64,000 bases of DNA from Thermoplasmatota archaeon (GTDB lineage: Archaea; Thermoplasmatota; JAKEGO01). The position numbers and the translations under genes were made by a program. Below the pieces are notes generated by a model, which worked only from the letters and a program-made list of their open reading frames with translations, was not told the DNA's origin and did no database searches. Where the stretch lies: positions 32,001 through 96,000 of the forward strand of contig JANQNK010000008.1 in assembly GCA_028279595.1 (NCBI GenBank), written 5' to 3'. Positions 28,566 through 38,601 of this stretch are shown one piece after another; the first letter of the stretch is position 1; each line of letters opens with the position of its first letter.

Positions 28566-28804
28566 GCTCTCACCGGCCCTCGTTATGGACGATACCTAAA
28601 TAAACATTTCTCAGAGGCAATGTTCCAAGGGAATGGCAAAGGTCCAATCCCCAAGGGGTCCTTGTCAATGACAATACTCACCGCCATTGGACCAATGGGC
28701 AGTATGACAATAGGTCGCTGATTTCGCAGGTCATTGGGAAAGCGCCCCCCACAACACGGGATGTTGTGCGCGCCCTCCCTCCCTTCTGTCCGATGGATGG
28801 AGCG

Positions 28805-30037
28805 TCAGATGTCCTCGTCGTCCGACTCGTCCGGAGCGATGAGGTAGCAGTGGGTCTGCCGGCCCTCCTTGATCACGTCGATGAGACCCTCGTGGTACAT
28901 TGCCCGCACGTTGAGGTTCACCAGCTGCTTGCGCGCGCCAAGGGCCACGCAGATCTCCTTCTGGGATATGCCGGGATTATCTGCGATCAGATTGAGGATC
29001 CTGAGCTGGAACGTGTCCATCTCGATGGACTCCTCGACCTTCATGCCTATCGGGTAGAACCGGCGGAACCGGCCGTCCATCACGGACTTGACCAGCTTCT
29101 CCCGTTCGAGTACCTTGACGTGATAGGCGAAAAGGCCGTTCTTCAGACCCAGCTTCCGCATGATGCCGGAGTAGTGATCGCCGGGATTCGCGATGATGTA
29201 ACCGTGGATCTTACCTCGGATGTAATTGTTCAGGACCGTTCGGCCGGTGACCTTCGCGTATAGCAGGCCGAAGGCCGAGAAGACCAGATAGATGCCGGAC
29301 TGGGAAAGGGCCAGCACGACGAGGAACGAGATGAGGCCAGCAAGCCAGTAGTAGTACGACGGCACGGATGTCACGGTCTCCCTGCCCGGTTTCGACGATG
29401 CTACCCTGATGTTCACCTGCTGGGTGGTGACACCGTCAGTGGCTAGGATGGTCACATTGCTGCCTCCGAGCTCCGTCGTGTCCACGAAGAATGCGAACTT
29501 CGACGTCCCGGCGGCCTCGGTCCATTCGCCGTCCTCGACCCTGAAACTGACCGAAACGACACCTCGGTCGTCGGTGGCCTCGCCCTCGACCATCACAACG
29601 CTGTCGGCCGGGATGACCTCGGACGTGACGGTGATCTCGGGGGGTGTGGCCGGCGTCTCGGCCGAGACGACGTTCGAGTACGAGAATGCGTGGGAATAGC
29701 CCTCGGCCGATATCATGAAGTGGTAGGTCGCGCCCTCGTCGAGTCCTGAGATGGTCTTGGAGGTCAGTCCGGTGCCTACCACACCGCTCACATACGTGCT
29801 CCAGACCCTTGTAGGGACCATGAGCTCGGAGACGTCCGAATAGTGTATGATGGTCTGGTTCAGCTCGGGGGACGCCTCCTGTGTCCACGTTATGCGCACG
29901 CTCTCGCTCCCGAGGACCTCGATGCCCGTGATCTCGGGGGCGGGCGGTGCGGGTCCCTCCTGGCCGGTAGCGTCACCGGTGAGGTAGAAAGAGGCGATGA
30001 TCACGACCAATATTGCCAGGATACCGACGGCTCGCAC
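28805..30037 (-). CDS. 410-aa membrane-tethered transcription factor candidate: signal peptide, FN3, Ig-like domain, TM segment, tandem winged-helix
   Basis: FN3 (VRITW..GLDEGATYHFMISA); LLYAKV..RGKIHGYIIANPGDHY..NGLFAYHVKVLE..RRFYP..NPGISQ. Confidence 0.85.
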   Translation of the reverse strand: MRAVGILAILVVIIASFYLTGDATGQEGPAPPAPEITGIEVLGSESVRITWTQEASPELNQTIIHYSDVSELMVPTRVWSTYVSGVVGTGLTSKTISGLDEGATYHFMISAEGYSHAFSYSNVVSAETPATPPEITVTSEVIPADSVVMVEGEATDDRGVVSVSFRVEDGEWTEAAGTSKFAFFVDTTELGGSNVTILATDGVTTQQVNIRVASSKPGRETVTSVPSYYYWLAGLISFLVVLALSQSGIYLVFSAFGLLYAKVTGRTVLNNYIRGKIHGYIIANPGDHYSGIMRKLGLKNGLFAYHVKVLEREKLVKSVMDGRFRRFYPIGMKVEESIEMDTFQLRILNLIADNPGISQKEICVALGARKQLVNLNVRAMYHEGLIDVIKEGRQTHCYLIAPDESDDEDI

Positions 30038-30040
30038 GTT

Positions 30041-30078
30041 CGTAACTAGGTTACGTTTATATATATCTAGTTTGGTGC
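30041..30078 (-). promoter_or_regulatory. TATA box (30056-30066) with a perfect 6-3-6 inverted repeat CGTAAC-TAG-GTTACG (30041-30055) between it and the GTG start
   Basis: Direct inspection. Confidence 0.45.
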
Positions 30079-30144
30079 GCCCCGTTACCGATATTTAAAG
30101 GTATTCGATGGATTTATGAGAGGGACCTGTGCCGATGCACCGGT

Positions 30145-31161
30145 TCAGGGCCTCACACCGATGGCGTCGAGTGCATCGGCCAGCGCTCCGTAGGCCTCGG
30201 CATCATGGTAGCCTGTCGATATCCGGAATGCCATCGTGTCGCCGAAGTGTTCCGCTGCGAACAGAAGGATCCCGTATTCGTCCAGGAGACGGTCCGCCAC
30301 GTCGATGGACGGTGGCCCTTCCCCGTAGCGCAGGTATGAGAATGGCATGCCGGTCCTCGCGATGTCGAACGAGGGAAGCATATCTACCAGCAGGGATTCG
30401 CCCTCTGCTACTATCCTCTTCGCCTTCTCGATGAAGCGATCGTGGTCGGCCAGGAACGCCATCGCCGCCGCCTCGCCGAAGGAGTTGTTCGTGGGGCTGA
30501 TGTTCTCCTTGGTCCGTCTCAGCCCCGGGGCGAGGTCCGGCGTGGAGACGAGCCAGCCTATCCTTGCACCACCCATTCCCCCGATCTTCGAGAGCGAACA
30601 TGTCACTATCGTCCGCTCGCCGACTGCATTCACGTTGGTGGGAAGCCCGGCGAAGGGTCGGTAGATCTCGTCGATCAGCATCACGGCGCCCGATCCGACG
30701 GCCGCCCGGTGGATATCGGAAATATCGGTAGTGTCTCCCGAGGGATTGTTGGGATGGCATACGACCACCATCTCGAATTCGTCGTTCTCGATGGCGTCTA
30801 CCATGTCGGACCTCGGGACCTGGACCACCTCGCCCCCGAACGCCTCCGGGATGTTCCTGAGGGGTTCGAATATCGGTGTCTCGACGAGGACCCTCCCACC
30901 GTTGACGCATTCGAGGAAGGAGACGTTGTTGGCCTCGTGAGCGCCCTCGGTGATGATGACCTGGTCCGGATCGACGCCGAACCTGGACGCGAACTCTCCT
31001 CTGAGATCCGATCTTCCGTGGACGGCCCCGTAGTCGGTGCTGATATCGGATAGCCGAAGCCCTAGCTCCTCGATCGAGAGCGGTGGCACAAGGCTGCCTC
31101 CGAGATTGTACCTTGCACCCTCCCCCCGGACCAGGTGCTCGATGAGGGAGTAGCGCTCCAT
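30145..31161 (-). CDS. PLP-dependent aminotransferase class I/II
   Basis: PNNPSG, DEIY, SLSKIGGMGGARIGW. Confidence 0.9.
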   Translation of the reverse strand: MERYSLIEHLVRGEGARYNLGGSLVPPLSIEELGLRLSDISTDYGAVHGRSDLRGEFASRFGVDPDQVIITEGAHEANNVSFLECVNGGRVLVETPIFEPLRNIPEAFGGEVVQVPRSDMVDAIENDEFEMVVVCHPNNPSGDTTDISDIHRAAVGSGAVMLIDEIYRPFAGLPTNVNAVGERTIVTCSLSKIGGMGGARIGWLVSTPDLAPGLRRTKENISPTNNSFGEAAAMAFLADHDRFIEKAKRIVAEGESLLVDMLPSFDIARTGMPFSYLRYGEGPPSIDVADRLLDEYGILLFAAEHFGDTMAFRISTGYHDAEAYGALADALDAIGVRP

Positions 31162-31165
31162 CCTG

Positions 31166-32443
31166 TCACGGCTCCAGGCGCTTCATGTCCCTCGGGAAGA
31201 GTATGCTCTCCCTGACGTTCTCCGCGCCGATCAGTACCTGTACGACGCGCTCGAGGCCGAGGCCCCATCCGGCGTGCGGTGGCATGCCGTACCTGAACGC
31301 CTTGAGGTAGAAGCCGAAGCCCTCCGGGTCGAGGTCGAGCGCCTTCAGCCTTTCGACCAGCAGGTCGTGGTCATGGACCCTCTGCGCGCCAGAGGCGAGC
31401 TCGATGTGACCCTTCATCAGATCGAATCCGAGCCCGTACTTCCCGTCGGGCTGAACGTAGAACGGCTTGGCCTCCAGCGGCCACCGGTCTATGAAGTAGT
31501 ATCCGGGATATCGTTCCGCCAGTATCCTCAGGGCGTCGGAACCCAGGTCCTCGCCCCACGGGACCTCCATCCCGCCCTCGGCGATAACCTCCAGGGCGTG
31601 GTCGTAGGTGATCCTCTCGAATGTACCAGGGACCTCGATCTGGCGCTCGGGGTCCACGGTATTGGCGCTCTCTATCGCCCTCACGAGGGCCGCCTCGACG
31701 ACGTCCATGGCGTCCGAATCAGTGGCGAACGCCAGCTCGACGTCCACCGAAAGGAACTCGTTGATGTGCCTTGTGGTGTCGTGGGACTCGGCCCTGAAGG
31801 CCGGTCCGAACTCGAAGACCCTGTCGAGGCCCGAGGCCATGAGTATCTGCTTGTAGAGCTGAGGGCTCTGATTGAGGAACGCGTCCCTGCCGAAGTAGTC
31901 GACGTGGAAGAGCTCGGTCCCTCCCTCGGTGGCCGTTGCGACTATCTTCGGGGTCGTGATCTCGACGAACCCGTCGTCGATCAGGCTCTGCCGCATGCCC
32001 TGGATGACGGCGGCCTTGACCCTGAATATCCACGCCGGGTCCCCGGAGCGGAGGTCGAGGAACCTGTTGTCCAGCCTCGTGTCGAGGTCAGATTCCACCA
32101 GATCGGCGACGCCGAGCGGGAGCGGTGTCTCCGCTGCCGATATCAGCTCGTAACCCTTTGCCAGGACCTCGAAGCCCATCTTGGCCTGGTCGCTCGCCTG
32201 AACGGTGCCCTGCACGGAGATCACGCTCTCCCGCGTGACCGATGTGATGTCCTTGAAAAGGTCGGGGTCCATCTTCTTGATGACGGTGATCTGCATCCAT
32301 TCGGTCCCCCTCCGGAGACGGATGAACGCGATGCCGCCGAGGTTCCTGATGTCCTCCACCCATCCACCGACGAGGACCTCGCTGCCGTCGTCCGCCGGCG
32401 TGATACCAACTGAATAATCGTTGCGTCCCGGAAGCTCGGACAT
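31166..32443 (-). CDS. aspS: Aspartate--tRNA ligase (archaeal type)
   Basis: OB fold GWVEDIRNLGG; RLDNRFLDLR; LNQSPQLYKQ; FRAE; SGAQR; GMPPHAGWGLGLER; start 32443 or 32449. Confidence 0.96.
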   Translation of the reverse strand: MSELPGRNDYSVGITPADDGSEVLVGGWVEDIRNLGGIAFIRLRRGTEWMQITVIKKMDPDLFKDITSVTRESVISVQGTVQASDQAKMGFEVLAKGYELISAAETPLPLGVADLVESDLDTRLDNRFLDLRSGDPAWIFRVKAAVIQGMRQSLIDDGFVEITTPKIVATATEGGTELFHVDYFGRDAFLNQSPQLYKQILMASGLDRVFEFGPAFRAESHDTTRHINEFLSVDVELAFATDSDAMDVVEAALVRAIESANTVDPERQIEVPGTFERITYDHALEVIAEGGMEVPWGEDLGSDALRILAERYPGYYFIDRWPLEAKPFYVQPDGKYGLGFDLMKGHIELASGAQRVHDHDLLVERLKALDLDPEGFGFYLKAFRYGMPPHAGWGLGLERVVQVLIGAENVRESILFPRDMKRLEP

Positions 32444-32445
32444 GC

Positions 32446-33888
32446 TCATTTCCTCCTGAACCTGCCCTTCTTCTCGGGCGCCTCTTCCCTGCGGTCCCTG
32501 TAGGGCATACGGCCTATGTGGGCCATGGCCTCCTCCAGTTCCCGTTTGGCCCTCATGCCATAGACGTATTCTAGGGTCCCGCCGATGATGAACAGGATCG
32601 CGGCGAGCATCGCCAGGAGGTACCCTATCTCGACGCCCCATGCCATGGAGACCTCGGCTTCCTCCCAGCCCTCGATCTCGCCCTCGTAGGTGCCCTGGAA
32701 CGGCGACGCCTCAAGTTTGGCGAAGACCTCGCCTCCGGCGTCGGGAAGGGCTGTATTGACCTTCGAGAAGATCACGATGAACACTATCAGGAATATCATG
32801 AGCAGGATGCCCGTCTTGATGAACTTCTTCCCGCGCCTCCACGGCTTGTTCCTGGTGAAACGGTAGAACATCGATATCGCGAATATCGAACCCCAGACGA
32901 GTCCCATGGGTATGGGAATGTATCCTTCGAGCGGGTCCTCGGATACGTCGACCGTGTTGTTGGTGGCCGTGAAAGGTGAAACATCCATCTTGATCGGATC
33001 GAAGCCGTTGACCTCGACGATCCTGGTCTCGCCCTCGGTCTCCCACGTTCCGCCCTGGGACCCGTCCTCCGGGGTGGCCTCGAGGTCGATGTAGTACCAT
33101 GGGAGGAGGAAGGTCATGAAGAGTATTATCACCGCGGCGAGGGAGATGAAGGTGCCGATGTTGTAGTTCTTCCACTTCGTCGGCGGTGCGATGGCCTCCT
33201 GGCGGCCCTCAGAGAAGCCCCTTCTGGGTTTGTACACATCGGGGCCCTTCGGTCTCGGCGGCGGTCCCGACCTTCGCTGCCTGGGCTTCACAGGCCTCGG
33301 CGCGGGTGGACGGCGCTCCTTCGGGACATCATCCTCGTCCGGAGCCTCCTCCTCCGAGGGTTCCTCGTCAGGTGCGCGTTCCCCGAACTTGGGTTCGAAC
33401 CTCGGGGGAGGAGCCGGTCCCTTAGCGGGCCCTGGCTCTTCCATCTCGGCGAAGTCGTCCTCGTCCACCGGCTCCTCCTGTACCGGAGCCGCCTTCGGTG
33501 CGGGGGCCGGTTCCTCGGGCCCCTTCGCCTCGGGAGGAGGGGTTCCCTGAGCGCCAACGGGCGCCGGGGCAGGAGCAACTGGCTCAGGCGGCACCTCGGA
33601 CGGTGCTGGTGCTGCCGGGGGCGGTGGCTGTTCGGGCGGTGCCGGAGCTTCCGCAGCTGGCGGTGCGGGTTCAGGGGCCGATGCCGGTTCCGGTTCGGTC
33701 GGCTGTGCAGCCACCGGCGTCGGCGGTGTTTCGGGTTCCGGCGTGGGAGGCGCCTCGGGCTCCTTCGGGGGAGCCTCCTGCGGCGCAGGGGCCTCTGCCT
33801 GCCCGTCCGCTGCCAAGGGTACATTGCACTTCCAGCAGTTACTGTCTGTGGACGCAACGAAGGCCCCACAGCTCGGACAACGCATCAT
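32446..33888 (-). CDS. Zinc-ribbon, Pro/Glu-rich, multi-pass membrane protein
   Basis: CPSC..CWKC; long Pro/Ala/Glu linker; four hydrophobic segments including FLLPWY. Confidence 0.75.
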   Translation of the reverse strand: MMRCPSCGAFVASTDSNCWKCNVPLAADGQAEAPAPQEAPPKEPEAPPTPEPETPPTPVAAQPTEPEPASAPEPAPPAAEAPAPPEQPPPPAAPAPSEVPPEPVAPAPAPVGAQGTPPPEAKGPEEPAPAPKAAPVQEEPVDEDDFAEMEEPGPAKGPAPPPRFEPKFGERAPDEEPSEEEAPDEDDVPKERRPPAPRPVKPRQRRSGPPPRPKGPDVYKPRRGFSEGRQEAIAPPTKWKNYNIGTFISLAAVIILFMTFLLPWYYIDLEATPEDGSQGGTWETEGETRIVEVNGFDPIKMDVSPFTATNNTVDVSEDPLEGYIPIPMGLVWGSIFAISMFYRFTRNKPWRRGKKFIKTGILLMIFLIVFIVIFSKVNTALPDAGGEVFAKLEASPFQGTYEGEIEGWEEAEVSMAWGVEIGYLLAMLAAILFIIGGTLEYVYGMRAKRELEEAMAHIGRMPYRDRREEAPEKKGRFRRK

Positions 33889-33948
33889 CCAACATGAATC
33901 TGGACCTAGGTTTAAAAAGATTGGGTATGGCCATTGCGGGGCCAGGCA

Positions 33949-35835
33949 TCATGCGTTTATGATCGCCGTGTAGATGAGTATGACCGGAATGCCCTCCTCG
34001 AGCACGATGTTGAATAGGTCCTTGCCGGTGGCCTTCTGGAGCAGGTCCTGAGGGAACGTGAAGACCACGGCACCCGGTTTGGTCTCCCCCGCCACCATCA
34101 TCAGGACCTTGTCCGCCTGTCCGGCCTTCTCGGTACCGTAGACCTTCACACCGGCCTCCCTGCCCTTGCGGACGATGTCGTCGATGATGTCGGAGCCCTT
34201 CCCCTTCCTAGGGGTGGGGTCCACCGCCGTGAGAAGGGACTGTTTTGCCCGCTCCCTCCTCGGACCGTACAGGTAGACCAGATTGAGGTCCTTGCCGAGA
34301 TGTTCGGCCAGGTTGAACAGCACCGGGAGGTCGGACTGCGAGAACGGTACCACCCCGAGGGGGATCAGCAGGTCCCCGCTGGTGTCGGAGGACGGTTCCA
34401 CCGCACCTGGCGGGATTATGACCTGTCCCATGGAGGAGTAGTTCTTGACTATTGTGAAGTCCCGCTCCTCGAGCTTCTTGGGCTCGGGGAGGTCGGTCTT
34501 GTAGACCAGGGTACGGTACGGATAGGGTATCTCCACTCCCGCTTCATCGAAGCCGTTCTTGATCGCCTTCATGAGGTCTCCGGACACCTGCCGCATGTCC
34601 CTGGCGTCGCGGACCCAGTACCAGAGTTTCATGTTCACGCTCGATTCGCCGAACGCCTCGACCCGGACGAATGCCATCGGGTTCTTGATGACATGGGGTT
34701 GATCGTTCGCGGCCGCCAGCATCACCTTCTCCGCCAGGGCGATGTCGGACCCGTACGATATAGAGACGTCAACGGAGTCCCTCAGTCTGGGATTGTCATA
34801 TGTGTAGTTCCAGACCTCCTGGGTGCCGACGAGCTGGTTCGGTATGATGACGAGCTCCCCGTCAGGCGTGGCCACCCTTGTGGACCGGAGGCCGATGTCG
34901 ACGACGTCGCCCCACTTGTCGCCTATCTTTATCCTGTCGCCGATGGTGAATGGCTTGTCCACTGCGATCATTATCCCAGCGGCGAGGTTCGCGATGGTGT
35001 CCTGGAGACCGAACGCGAGGGCGAAGCCGATCAGACCGAGGCTTGCAGCGACGGCGACGATGTCGACGCCCTGGGCGATCATCGCAATGCCAAGGGCGAC
35101 GAGGATCGCGATGTACTTGACGAGCTTCTCGACAGGGGATGGAGCATATTTTGTCTTCGGTTCGAGGTATATCTTGGCGCGCCGCAGGTAGACTATCAGG
35201 ACCGCGGCGACGAAGAGGGCAGCGAGGAGGTATCCCGCGAGCATGAGTATGGGGACGAGGTAGCCGGCATACGGAAGCCTGCCGCCGAACTCGATCCTCA
35301 GGAGCTCGCTCACGAGAATGACGATGAGCAGGCTCTTCAGGGGTCTGAGGACCATCTTGTATAGACGGAACTCCTCGCGTCTGTCGACATGCCCCTTGAG
35401 CAGCAGGTGGATGAAGAACCGCGCCAGCGGTGAGAGGGCCAGCTGGATGAACAGGACGATGGCGAACGCCATCACGAGGATGTTTATGAGCCCTCCGGGG
35501 GTGATCGTGGCCTCGCCGAGAGTGTACCTCTCCCCCATGTCGACCCCGAGGACGTTGGTCGAGAGGAGAAGGAACGTGATGAAGATGACCCATCGGATGT
35601 AGGTCGTCAACGCCGTCCGGCTCAGGACCGAGAGGCGCCGGCTCTCGGGGTCCTCGCCCTTGCGCCCCCAGGTCTTGAAGAAGTACAATGAGATCCACCT
35701 GGCGAGGAGATCGGCCAGCATGAGGCCGATGAGAGTGAGCATCAGGAAGAGGATGAGGCTCCCCGCGGTAAGGGGTCCTCCGAGGAGGGGTGTATCGAGG
35801 AACTCTCCCAACGCGTCGAACGGGCCAGCCATCAT
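33949..35835 (-). CDS. MscS-family mechanosensitive channel with extra TM helices and a C-terminal USP-like domain
   Basis: GFALAFGLQDTIANLAAG, KPFTIGDRI, IGLRST, IPN, IPYP; ~150-aa alpha/beta tail ending IPVILI. Confidence 0.88.
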   Translation of the reverse strand: MMAGPFDALGEFLDTPLLGGPLTAGSLILFLMLTLIGLMLADLLARWISLYFFKTWGRKGEDPESRRLSVLSRTALTTYIRWVIFITFLLLSTNVLGVDMGERYTLGEATITPGGLINILVMAFAIVLFIQLALSPLARFFIHLLLKGHVDRREEFRLYKMVLRPLKSLLIVILVSELLRIEFGGRLPYAGYLVPILMLAGYLLAALFVAAVLIVYLRRAKIYLEPKTKYAPSPVEKLVKYIAILVALGIAMIAQGVDIVAVAASLGLIGFALAFGLQDTIANLAAGIMIAVDKPFTIGDRIKIGDKWGDVVDIGLRSTRVATPDGELVIIPNQLVGTQEVWNYTYDNPRLRDSVDVSISYGSDIALAEKVMLAAANDQPHVIKNPMAFVRVEAFGESSVNMKLWYWVRDARDMRQVSGDLMKAIKNGFDEAGVEIPYPYRTLVYKTDLPEPKKLEERDFTIVKNYSSMGQVIIPPGAVEPSSDTSGDLLIPLGVVPFSQSDLPVLFNLAEHLGKDLNLVYLYGPRRERAKQSLLTAVDPTPRKGKGSDIIDDIVRKGREAGVKVYGTEKAGQADKVLMMVAGETKPGAVVFTFPQDLLQKATGKDLFNIVLEEGIPVILIYTAIINA

Positions 35836-35921
35836 CCGGACATCGCAATGGCTGATTATAACCGTTCCGGCCCAGACCAAGCCGGAAAGATTTAATTACG
35901 TCGGACGCCATTGAGTCGTGC

Positions 35922-36890
35922 ATGACCCTGATGGACGGAGCCAAGACCACCATGCGGGTCTGTCTGGGCGTGAAACGTGGGGAACGCGTCCTTGTACTCA
36001 CGGACAACACCCGGCAGCCCATAGCGGACGCCCTTTACCGGGCGGCCGTGGACCTCAACGCGGATGCGATGATGATGGTGATGCTGCCGAGGACCAGGCA
36101 CGGCGAGGAGCCCGCGGACCCGGTCTCGCACTTCATGCGCTCGATGGACGTCATCGTCGCACCAACGGAGTATTCGATATCGCACACCCAGGCCCGGAAG
36201 AAGGCCAACGACTCCGGGGCGAGGATCGCCACGATGCCAACGATCACCGAGGAGATGATGGGCAAGGGCGGCATGACCGCCGATTTCAAGGAGGTCAGGA
36301 AGGCCGTCGGAAAGGCCCATCGCAAGGCCCTCAAGTTCAAGGAGGTCGACGTCCGAACGGAACTTGGTACGGACCTCCACATCGTATTCGGCCGGAGGAA
36401 GTGGATAGAGGACACCGGCGTCCTTCACAGGCGGGGTTCGTTCGGGAACCTCCCGGCGGGGGAGCTGTTCATCGCGCCCATGGAGGGCAAGACCAACGGG
36501 ACACTGGTGGTCGACGGCTCCTTCGGGGGTATCGGGAAGGTCGACAGACCGATCAGGATCAAGGTCGAGGACGGCTTCGCCGAGAAGATAACCGGGGGCA
36601 AGAGCGCCAAGAAGCTCAGGGACGTCCTGAAGAAGCACGAGAAGCTGCTGGACGACCCTAAGATGGCGTACAACATCGCGGAGTTCGGGATCGGCCTCAA
36701 TCCCAAGGCCAAGATAATCGGGAACCCGCTCGAGGACGAGAAGGTCATGGGTACCATCCACGTCGCCATCGGCGACAATTCCACATTCGGCGGAAAGGTG
36801 AAGGCCGGCATCCACATGGACGGGATCGTGAGTTCTCCCAATGTCGGATACGACGACAAGATGTTGATAGTCAATGGCGCCGTGAAGTGA
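35922..36890 (+). CDS. Aminopeptidase (M29/aminopeptidase T-like, archaeal)
   Basis: HGEEP, SISHT, GNLPAGE, IAEFGIGLN, EDEKVMGTIHVAIGDN, HMD. Confidence 0.88.
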   Translation: MTLMDGAKTTMRVCLGVKRGERVLVLTDNTRQPIADALYRAAVDLNADAMMMVMLPRTRHGEEPADPVSHFMRSMDVIVAPTEYSISHTQARKKANDSGARIATMPTITEEMMGKGGMTADFKEVRKAVGKAHRKALKFKEVDVRTELGTDLHIVFGRRKWIEDTGVLHRRGSFGNLPAGELFIAPMEGKTNGTLVVDGSFGGIGKVDRPIRIKVEDGFAEKITGGKSAKKLRDVLKKHEKLLDDPKMAYNIAEFGIGLNPKAKIIGNPLEDEKVMGTIHVAIGDNSTFGGKVKAGIHMDGIVSSPNVGYDDKMLIVNGAVK

Positions 36891-36896
36891 GGACCC

Positions 36897-38540
36897 ATGA
36901 AGGTCTCGGTCCTCGACGGTTACACCGACGAACCGTCGTCCCTCGGCGTTCCACCATACATGGCCCCTCTTCCCAGATACATCGCCGGAGCGGTCGTCGA
37001 TGCAGGGCATGAGGTCGAATACCTCACGATCGACGACAGACGGTCGGATACCCCTTTGTGGAAGGGGTCCGCAACGGCCGATGTCCTCATCGTCGTCGCC
37101 GGAGCTGTGGTCCCCGGGAGATACCTTGCGACGATGCCGGTATCCCCTAGGGAGGCGGAGGAGCTGTCGGATCACAATGGAGTGACCATACTGGCAGGAT
37201 CGTGTGCAGCGATGGGGATAGGGTCGCGCGGGAAGGGTCCGTCCCTCACACCGATCGAGCTCTCGGACCTCTACGATCACACAGTATCAATGGACCCGGA
37301 CGCGTTCGTCCACAACCTGCTCCACGGGGACCCTGAGAAGAGGCGCAGGACTCCGGAGGAATGGGACCGATGGGCGCTTAAGGGCGCTAGGATCGTCCGC
37401 GAGCGGCAGGACCTGGACCACATGATGGTGGAGATAGAGGCGGCCCGGGGATGTGCCAGATATGGATCGGGCGGCTGTTCGTTCTGCATAGAGCCCCTAG
37501 CCGGAGAGCCGGTCTTCAGGGAACCCCAGGCCGTGGGCGAGGAGGTCGGGGCGCTCATGCTGTCGGGAGCCAGGTTCTTCAGGCTGGGCGGGGCCGATAT
37601 CTTCTCGTACAAGGCCAAGGGCATCGACGAAGGCTGTCCGGAACCGGACCCCGGGTCGGTTGAGGACCTGTTGAATACGGTGTCCGCGAAGGGACCGTCG
37701 GTCTTCCACCTCGACAATGCGGACCCCGGGTTGATAGCAGCACATCCGGAACCCTCGAGAAGGATCCTGCGCTCGATCGTGGAGCACTGCACTTCGGGCA
37801 ACGTGCTGTCCCTCGGCCTCGAGTCGGCGGACCCCGAGGTCATGGAGGCGAACAATCTCAACGCGACTGCGGAGGAGACGATGGACGCCGTCAGGACCAT
37901 CAACGAGGTGGGATCCGAACCGGGTCCAACGGGACTTCCCGTACTCCTCCCCGGTCTGAACTTCATAACCGGTCTGAGGGGCGAGTCGAAGGCCACGATG
38001 GATGCGAACACCGCCTTCCTCACGGAACTCATCGACGAGGGGCTCATGGTGCGGAGGATCAACATCAGGCAGGTGGTCTGGCGCGACGGAGAGGTCGGCC
38101 GATCGAGGTCCGCCTTCAAGTTCAAGGAATGGACCAGGGAGAACGTCGACGGACCGATGCTCGAGAGGGTTGCTCCCGAGGGACAGGTCCTCAAGGACGT
38201 CTACACCGAGGTCAGGATCGGTAACGTGGTATATGGAAGACAGCCCGCGAGCTACCCTATCCTTGTTGGCCTGGCATACGACGTCCCTCTCGGGCGTTTC
38301 ATCGACGTTGCGGTGACGACCCACGGATTCAGGAGCATCACGGCGGTGGAGTACCCGCTGGACGTCAACTCGGCACCGATGGGAGCGTTGGGGTCGATCC
38401 CCGGGATCGGCAGGAAGAGGGCGGCCAGGCTCGTCCGCAGGCGCCCCTTCACGTTCAGGGAGGAGGTCGTTGACGCGCTGGAGGACGACGAGGTCGCGCG
38501 ATCGCTCCTGAGGTACACTGGCCCCGACTGGCCCGCTTGA
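36897..38540 (+). CDS. Archaeal radical SAM protein (COG1031-like) with C-terminal HhH
   Basis: DGYTDEPSSLGVPPY; RGCARYGSGGCSFC; LLPGLNFITGL; IPGIGRKRA. Confidence 0.88.
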   Translation: MKVSVLDGYTDEPSSLGVPPYMAPLPRYIAGAVVDAGHEVEYLTIDDRRSDTPLWKGSATADVLIVVAGAVVPGRYLATMPVSPREAEELSDHNGVTILAGSCAAMGIGSRGKGPSLTPIELSDLYDHTVSMDPDAFVHNLLHGDPEKRRRTPEEWDRWALKGARIVRERQDLDHMMVEIEAARGCARYGSGGCSFCIEPLAGEPVFREPQAVGEEVGALMLSGARFFRLGGADIFSYKAKGIDEGCPEPDPGSVEDLLNTVSAKGPSVFHLDNADPGLIAAHPEPSRRILRSIVEHCTSGNVLSLGLESADPEVMEANNLNATAEETMDAVRTINEVGSEPGPTGLPVLLPGLNFITGLRGESKATMDANTAFLTELIDEGLMVRRINIRQVVWRDGEVGRSRSAFKFKEWTRENVDGPMLERVAPEGQVLKDVYTEVRIGNVVYGRQPASYPILVGLAYDVPLGRFIDVAVTTHGFRSITAVEYPLDVNSAPMGALGSIPGIGRKRAARLVRRRPFTFREEVVDALEDDEVARSLLRYTGPDWPA

Positions 38541-38601
38541 TCCTGCGGTGTCAACAACCATATATATCCAATTGCCGTTATTGGACACCGAGGTGTGCGC
38601 G

